Notes under the pieces: generated by a model | Databases searched by the model: none | The model's input: the letters and a program-made list of their open reading frames with translations, nothing else | What the model was told of the DNA's origin: nothing | In this document: piece by piece, positions 62,121 to 64,000 of the stretch | Layout of the letters: each line of letters starts with the position of its first letter | Numbering within the stretch: the first letter of the stretch is position 1 | NCBI GenBank assembly: GCA_965262915.1 | Contig: OZ253564.1 | Coordinates: forward strand, 4,224,001-4,288,000 | Origin: Candidatus Spongiisociaceae bacterium | GTDB taxonomy: Bacteria > Actinomycetota > Acidimicrobiia > Spongiisociales > Spongiisociaceae | Length of the DNA stretch: 64,000 nucleotides | Direction: 5' to 3' | Translations under genes and position numbers: made by a program

Positions 62121-62631
62121 CTGCTAGTTCGCCTCCCTGTCGCCTCGACGTCGTCCGGCCCACGCCGACCGGGCCGGCGCTGTCCACCCGCACACGAACC
62201 CCTGCCGGACCGGACTCGGGCAGGCTCCGGGTGGTGCCGGATCGGTCGATCCCATTGAAGCAGAAACGAGGTCACTCGCTAAACCCGCCCGGCGGCAAGG
62301 CAGGGGACCGGCGGGCTTGTCCCCGGACGGACCCCGGCGACCGTTGCGGAGCGCGGCGGTTCTCGATACATCAACAGCCAACCGGCCGCTCGTGATCGCT
62401 CCCGGCAGCACCTCTACAGTGCTCATCGATAGGTATGGGATCATACCGATATTGATTACTAGATGCGATCAACAACGGCACCGGCGATTCGCAAACAGCC
62501 CGGGTTCGCTCGCCCGAGTGGCCCTCCGTTCTGTATCCGCCAACGACCGGCCGCGGCAACCCGACCGAGGGGCCTCCGCGCAACGTTAATCTACCCTGGG
62601 GCAAGCAACGGCGACGCAGGGAGCATCGGGC

Positions 62632-63999
62632 TTGGCACAGCAGAACACCGACGCCCGCATGGCGCCGGAGCGCGCGAGCGGCAGCGACCATCCGGAGATT
62701 GCCGCGTCCGGTCTCATGGTCCTGTCGTGTCTCTTTCTCCTGGCGGGAGTGGGGCTGTTCACGCTGATGCTCATGAAGCTGGCGATCCCGACCTTGTTCG
62801 CAGACACCGCCTTCCTGTCTTACGGACGGATCCGTCCCGCCGCGGTCTCGATGCTCGTCTACGGTTTCGGTGGAACGCTCGCCCAGGCTGCCGCCTACTA
62901 CCTGACGCCCAGGCTGGTCGGCGTCCCGCTGCGAAACCAGCCCGTCGCCCTCCTAGCCGGCGCGGCCTACGGCGGTCTGGTGCTGATCGGTGCCTTGGTC
63001 GTGCTGTTCCGGGGACCCTCGGGACCCGAACTGGCCGAGTTCCCCCCTCTGGTTGACTGGCCTCTGGCGGCGGTCCTGCTGGTCCCACCGATGATCGTCA
63101 CCTCGATGATCCGCGACCGCACCGACGAAGGAACCTATATCTCGCTGCTCTACGTCATCGGAGCCGTATGGTGGTTCCCCGCCCTCCACATCACCGGCAG
63201 TATCCCGGGCTTGGGGAACATCGGCTCGTTTCTGCAGACCAGCCTGGTGGCCGGGGGGATGCTGACGCTGGCGCTCCCGGCTGCCGCCCTCGGCGCGGCC
63301 TACTACGTGGCGGTGAAGGAGAGCGGCCGACCTCTCTTCTCCGGACCGCTGGCCAGGGCCGGATTCTGGACCCTGGCCGGAACCGCCCTACTGGCCACAC
63401 CGGCCCGGTTCCTCGGCGGGCCGGCTCCCGGCTGGACCGAAACCATCGCGGTGACAGCCTCCATGGGATTGGCGCTGTCCGCTGTCACGGTGATGAGCAC
63501 TGTCGGCCTGACACTGTCGGGTGATTGGGAAACGACTCGTAGCAACATCGTGCTGCGGACGCTGTTCGCGGGCACGGTCACCTACTCCCTGATCACGCTG
63601 CTGATGGGAGTGTCCGGCTTCCGTTCGGTGGCTGCGGTGGTAGGTCTCACCACCTGGTACGACGGGCTCGCCACCGGGTTGATGATCGTGGCGATTCCGC
63701 TGCTGGGGGTGGCCTTCATTTTCTACGCCTTCCCCAGGATCACCGGGCGGGAACTCTCCGGAACCGGCCCGGCCGGCCGGGGCCTCCGGCTCACGCTCTG
63801 GGGCGGTGGCGCTGCGTCCGCTTCGTTGCTCGTCACCGGCCTCGTCACCGGCCTCACCTGGAACTGGGCCAGCGCGTCGGGAGCCCGATCGAACACCGGT
63901 GCCGGGTTCTCCTCGACGCTGGAAGGCCTCGACGTGCTGTTCACTCTCGCCGCGCTGGCTTGCGTCGTCGCGCTGGTGGGTCTGGCCCTCTTGATCTGG
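62632..63999 (+). CDS. cbb3-type oxidase subunit I (CcoN)-like protein lacking the metal-ligand His residues (runs off the right edge)
   Basis: Manual translation: FLSYGRIRPAAVS, YYLTPRL, ELAEFP, YIS, YYVAVKESGRPLFS, GFW, GDWE, FRSV, FYAFPRITGREL. Start is TTG 62632 or ATG 62659. Not in the ORF track. Confidence 0.8.
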   Translation, partial: MAQQNTDARMAPERASGSDHPEIAASGLMVLSCLFLLAGVGLFTLMLMKLAIPTLFADTAFLSYGRIRPAAVSMLVYGFGGTLAQAAAYYLTPRLVGVPLRNQPVALLAGAAYGGLVLIGALVVLFRGPSGPELAEFPPLVDWPLAAVLLVPPMIVTSMIRDRTDEGTYISLLYVIGAVWWFPALHITGSIPGLGNIGSFLQTSLVAGGMLTLALPAAALGAAYYVAVKESGRPLFSGPLARAGFWTLAGTALLATPARFLGGPAPGWTETIAVTASMGLALSAVTVMSTVGLTLSGDWETTRSNIVLRTLFAGTVTYSLITLLMGVSGFRSVAAVVGLTTWYDGLATGLMIVAIPLLGVAFIFYAFPRITGRELSGTGPAGRGLRLTLWGGGAASASLLVTGLVTGLTWNWASASGARSNTGAGFSSTLEGLDVLFTLAALACVVALVGLALLIW

Positions 64000-64000
64000 A

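Overview
High-GC actinobacterial chromosome segment, most likely class Acidimicrobiia (inferred from gene content and protein style). Housekeeping backbone: tilS-hpt-ftsH-folE-folP-(pseudo-phosphatase)-folB-folK, a SigR/RsrA-like sigma/anti-sigma pair, tRNA-Thr(CGT), 2-oxoacid dehydrogenase E1a/E1b/E2, holB-tmk-MFS and topA. It also holds a respiratory super-cluster: nuoA-N with NuoE-NuoF fused, rex, a split cytochrome b6/subunit IV-type Rieske/cytb operon with a 2x[4Fe-4S] ferredoxin, and a divergent CcoN-like gene. Accessory DNA comprises an AT-richer islet after topA (translationally coupled ABC-type ATPase plus PIN nuclease, between TA and nucleotidyltransferase remnants), a VapBC45-like TA pair, a type I R-M locus with five lesions but an intact HicBA-like pair inside it, and two families of small inverted-repeat (MITE-like) elements. 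Most unusual observations: (1) FolB is encoded only as a fusion to a near-intact ClpC1 N-terminal domain; (2) the ATPase+PIN pair is a candidate defence system; (3) the cbb3 subunit I homolog has lost all six metal-ligand histidines; (4) a ferredoxin sits in a b6f-like complex operon. All family assignments come from motif recognition by eye, not database searches.
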